This document shows, in pieces, positions 62,203 through 64,000 of a stretch of DNA of 64,000 bases. A program made the translations under genes and the position numbers. Origin of the DNA: an uncultured bacterium. Its GTDB lineage: Bacteria; Acidobacteriota; Vicinamibacteria; Vicinamibacterales; UBA2999. The stretch covers positions 3,003 to 67,002 of the forward strand of contig CAWULT010000005.1 in the NCBI GenBank assembly GCA_963923455.1, given 5' to 3'. The notes beneath the pieces were generated by a model. It made no database searches. It saw only the letters and a program-made list of their open reading frames with translations, and was not told the origin of the DNA. How positions within the stretch are numbered: position 1 is the first letter of the stretch; every line of letters starts with the position of its first letter.

Positions 62203-64000
62203 CTACGAGCCGCCGCCCGCCTGGACGGCCGCGATGAGGTTCTGGATGTGATACAGGTCCCCGAGCATCCAGGGCACGTCGATCCACTTGCTCAGCTCCG
62301 CCTGCGACTGCCCGGCCACGTACGCCTTCGCCAGGAACAGGGCGTGCGAGTCGAAGATGTGGTGGGCCGATGCCTCCTGGAAGGAGTTGTTGTCCCGCGT
62401 CATGAACCAGTGGGGGCAGACGTAGAGGTATTCGTTCAGCGCCGTGGTGATGCTGCCGGCCTGCGCGCTGGACCTCATCGCCCGGCCCAGGTCCGGCGTC
62501 ATGTACAGGAAGTTCCGCGTGCAGTTGAAGCGTCGCGTGTAGTTGTTCGCCATCAGCCCGGACGGGTTGTCGACGCTGCCTTCCCAGGGATGGTCCTTCG
62601 CGAAGCCGGTCAGCCGCGTGTTCAGCAGCGACGAGAGCTGGGTCGCCACGGTGGCCCGTGTCGCCGGATCGGGATTGCCGGCCAGGTCGGCCAGGTTCAG
62701 GAAGCCCTGATACCCGTTGATGTACTCGTTGTAGACGGCGGGGCCGCGGGTGATGTCGAGCACCTGCGCCGGCGGCGGCACGATGAGCAGGGGCCGTACG
62801 GCCGCGTATATGCTCGCCGCCTGCGCCGGCACCACCTGCGCGTACTTCCACGCCGCGTAGAAGACGCGCGGCGACGCCGCACCACCCGTGGTGTCGCCGA
62901 TCTGGGTCATCCGCGTCTCGACTTCCGGCGGGTACTGCATCGCCTCGCGCGGCGTGCCGCTGTTCCAGCCGATGACGCGGACTGCGGTGCCGGCGAAGTA
63001 CCGCTGCCAGTAGGCGGCGAGGTACTGCAGCAGGTCGGCCTTCAGGCCCGCCGACACGTACGGATAGGCGGCCGACAGGGTGTAGAGCGTGTCGGCCGGA
63101 GACCGGAAGTAGACGTTGCTCTCCGGCATGTCGGTCGTGTTGCTCGTGCCGCCGCCGTCGTTGATGTAGGCGGGCCTCAGGAAGCCGTTGGTGCCGTTGG
63201 CGCGCCACACGTCGACGATCTTGCGGACCTCGGTCTCGAGCCGGTTCGAAATCTCGGGGGCCGAGAGCGTCGTGCCCGTGTTCGGTGGATTGTTGTTGAT
63301 GGTCACGAGCGGCAGCGGCGTCTTCGTCGCGCTCGGGCCGAGGGCGATGATCGCGTTCGAGCGGTGCGTGAACAGGCGCTCCACCCGCTGCCCCGCGCCG
63401 TTGGTGAAGGCCAGCGGGACGAGCGGGTTCTGCATCCCGTGGTTGTGGTACACGCCGTTGCGGCTGTTTCGCGTCCCCTTGTAGTAGCCGCCGAGGCGCT
63501 GCAGGAACTCCTCGCCGTCGTAGAAGGCCCACATCGGATCGTACGGGTTGGCGTCACCCTGCGACGGCAGCTGGTAGTTCAACATGTTGCCGCCGTACGA
63601 CCAGAAGGTGGCGGCGCCGCCCTCGAGGGCGCGCGCCTCACGGTCGCAGCAGAGGTTGGCGAAGACCCGGCCGGCGGCGGCCGACAGGATCAACGGCTCG
63701 TCGGCCGCGAAGGTGATGCCGCCCACCATTCGCAGCCACGAGGTGCCCTCTTTCCACGCCATGGCGCGCGACCGCGGGATGTTGGCGCCGGCCTTCTGGA
63801 ACGGTCCCTCGAAGTAGAGTGCCGTCCCGTCGGACACCGGCGGGTGCATCTGGCCCTGTTCGTTCTGGCCCGACTGGATCCACGGCAGGTTGAACGGCTC
63901 GACTCCGTTCGACCGGTTGACGATGGCGTAGACGCGCCGGGCCGGGAACTGGTCGGCGTAGCCCTGCAGCGAGTACGGCCCCCCGTTGCCGGCCGTCGTG
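62203..64000 (-). CDS. Large hypothetical protein, 5'-truncated by the window edge, co-transcribed with the glycanase
   Basis: The frame stays open from 63849 to 64000 with no stop, so the ATG at 63849 is probably internal. I recognise no motif. It lies 45 nt upstream of the GH5-like gene. Confidence 0.5.
   Translation of the reverse strand, partial: TTAGNGGPYSLQGYADQFPARRVYAIVNRSNGVEPFNLPWIQSGQNEQGQMHPPVSDGTALYFEGPFQKAGANIPRSRAMAWKEGTSWLRMVGGITFAADEPLILSAAAGRVFANLCCDREARALEGGAATFWSYGGNMLNYQLPSQGDANPYDPMWAFYDGEEFLQRLGGYYKGTRNSRNGVYHNHGMQNPLVPLAFTNGAGQRVERLFTHRSNAIIALGPSATKTPLPLVTINNNPPNTGTTLSAPEISNRLETEVRKIVDVWRANGTNGFLRPAYINDGGGTSNTTDMPESNVYFRSPADTLYTLSAAYPYVSAGLKADLLQYLAAYWQRYFAGTAVRVIGWNSGTPREAMQYPPEVETRMTQIGDTTGGAASPRVFYAAWKYAQVVPAQAASIYAAVRPLLIVPPPAQVLDITRGPAVYNEYINGYQGFLNLADLAGNPDPATRATVATQLSSLLNTRLTGFAKDHPWEGSVDNPSGLMANNYTRRFNCTRNFLYMTPDLGRAMRSSAQAGSITTALNEYLYVCPHWFMTRDNNSFQEASAHHIFDSHALFLAKAYVAGQSQAELSKWIDVPWMLGDLYHIQNLIAAVQAGGGS

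Noticed and set aside
1-64000. Search by eye for CRISPR arrays, tRNA/rRNA genes, transposases, integrases, IS inverted repeats, and toxin-antitoxin or restriction/defence genes.
   Set aside because: I recognised none. Apart from the paralogous genes described, no periodic direct repeats or mobile-element-type ORFs were seen. A computational scan (tRNAscan, Infernal, ISfinder-type search) would be needed to be certain.
1-64000. Exosortase/PEP-CTERM system or a Wzx flippase, which might be expected with this kind of ligase/ACP/amidotransferase set.
   Set aside because: No ORF here has an exosortase-like or MOP-flippase-like polytopic pattern that I could recognise. No protein ends in a PEP-CTERM sorting signal. 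They may lie outside the window.

Overview
The window is GC-rich bacterial chromosomal DNA, with third codon positions almost all G/C. I saw no rRNA, tRNA, CRISPR array, transposase or integrase. Nearly the whole window is one very large extracellular-polysaccharide (EPS or capsule-type) locus.

About 38 co-directional + strand genes run from 558 to 47948 with tiny or overlapping junctions. They include:
- a Wzc-type chain-length regulator/tyrosine kinase, a Wzy/O-antigen-ligase-like protein and a WbaP-type initiating phosphoglycosyl transferase;
- two Wza-like OPX export proteins and a Wzm/Wzt-type ABC exporter;
- GT2 and GT4 glycosyltransferases and two GT-C-like membrane proteins;
- WecB, an SDR epimerase and an SIS isomerase;
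- two sulfotransferases, a B12-radical SAM enzyme and several acyltransferases.

In the middle (21180-31468) sits a natural-product-like tailoring cassette. It has two free-standing adenylating enzymes, two tandem carrier proteins, AsnB, an FMO-like flavoprotein and a flavin-dependent halogenase carrying the WxWxIP motif, followed by a membrane AT3 acyltransferase. An acyl-CoA-dehydrogenase homolog (46803-47948) and an iodotyrosine-deiodinase-like flavoenzyme (54090-54749) lie further along.

The right-hand third carries a LamG-cadherin-LamG secreted protein, two more AT3 genes, more glycosyltransferases and a cysteine-cluster protein. A convergent minus-strand unit follows, containing a second copy of a GH5-like glycanase (paralog of 15542-18082).

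The main hypothesis is a heavily decorated EPS (sulfated, acylated) that also receives a carrier-protein-delivered, possibly halogenated, aminoacyl or aryl substituent. All functional calls come from motif recognition by eye on the supplied translations. No database search or alignment program was run, and the taxon cannot be determined from the sequence alone.
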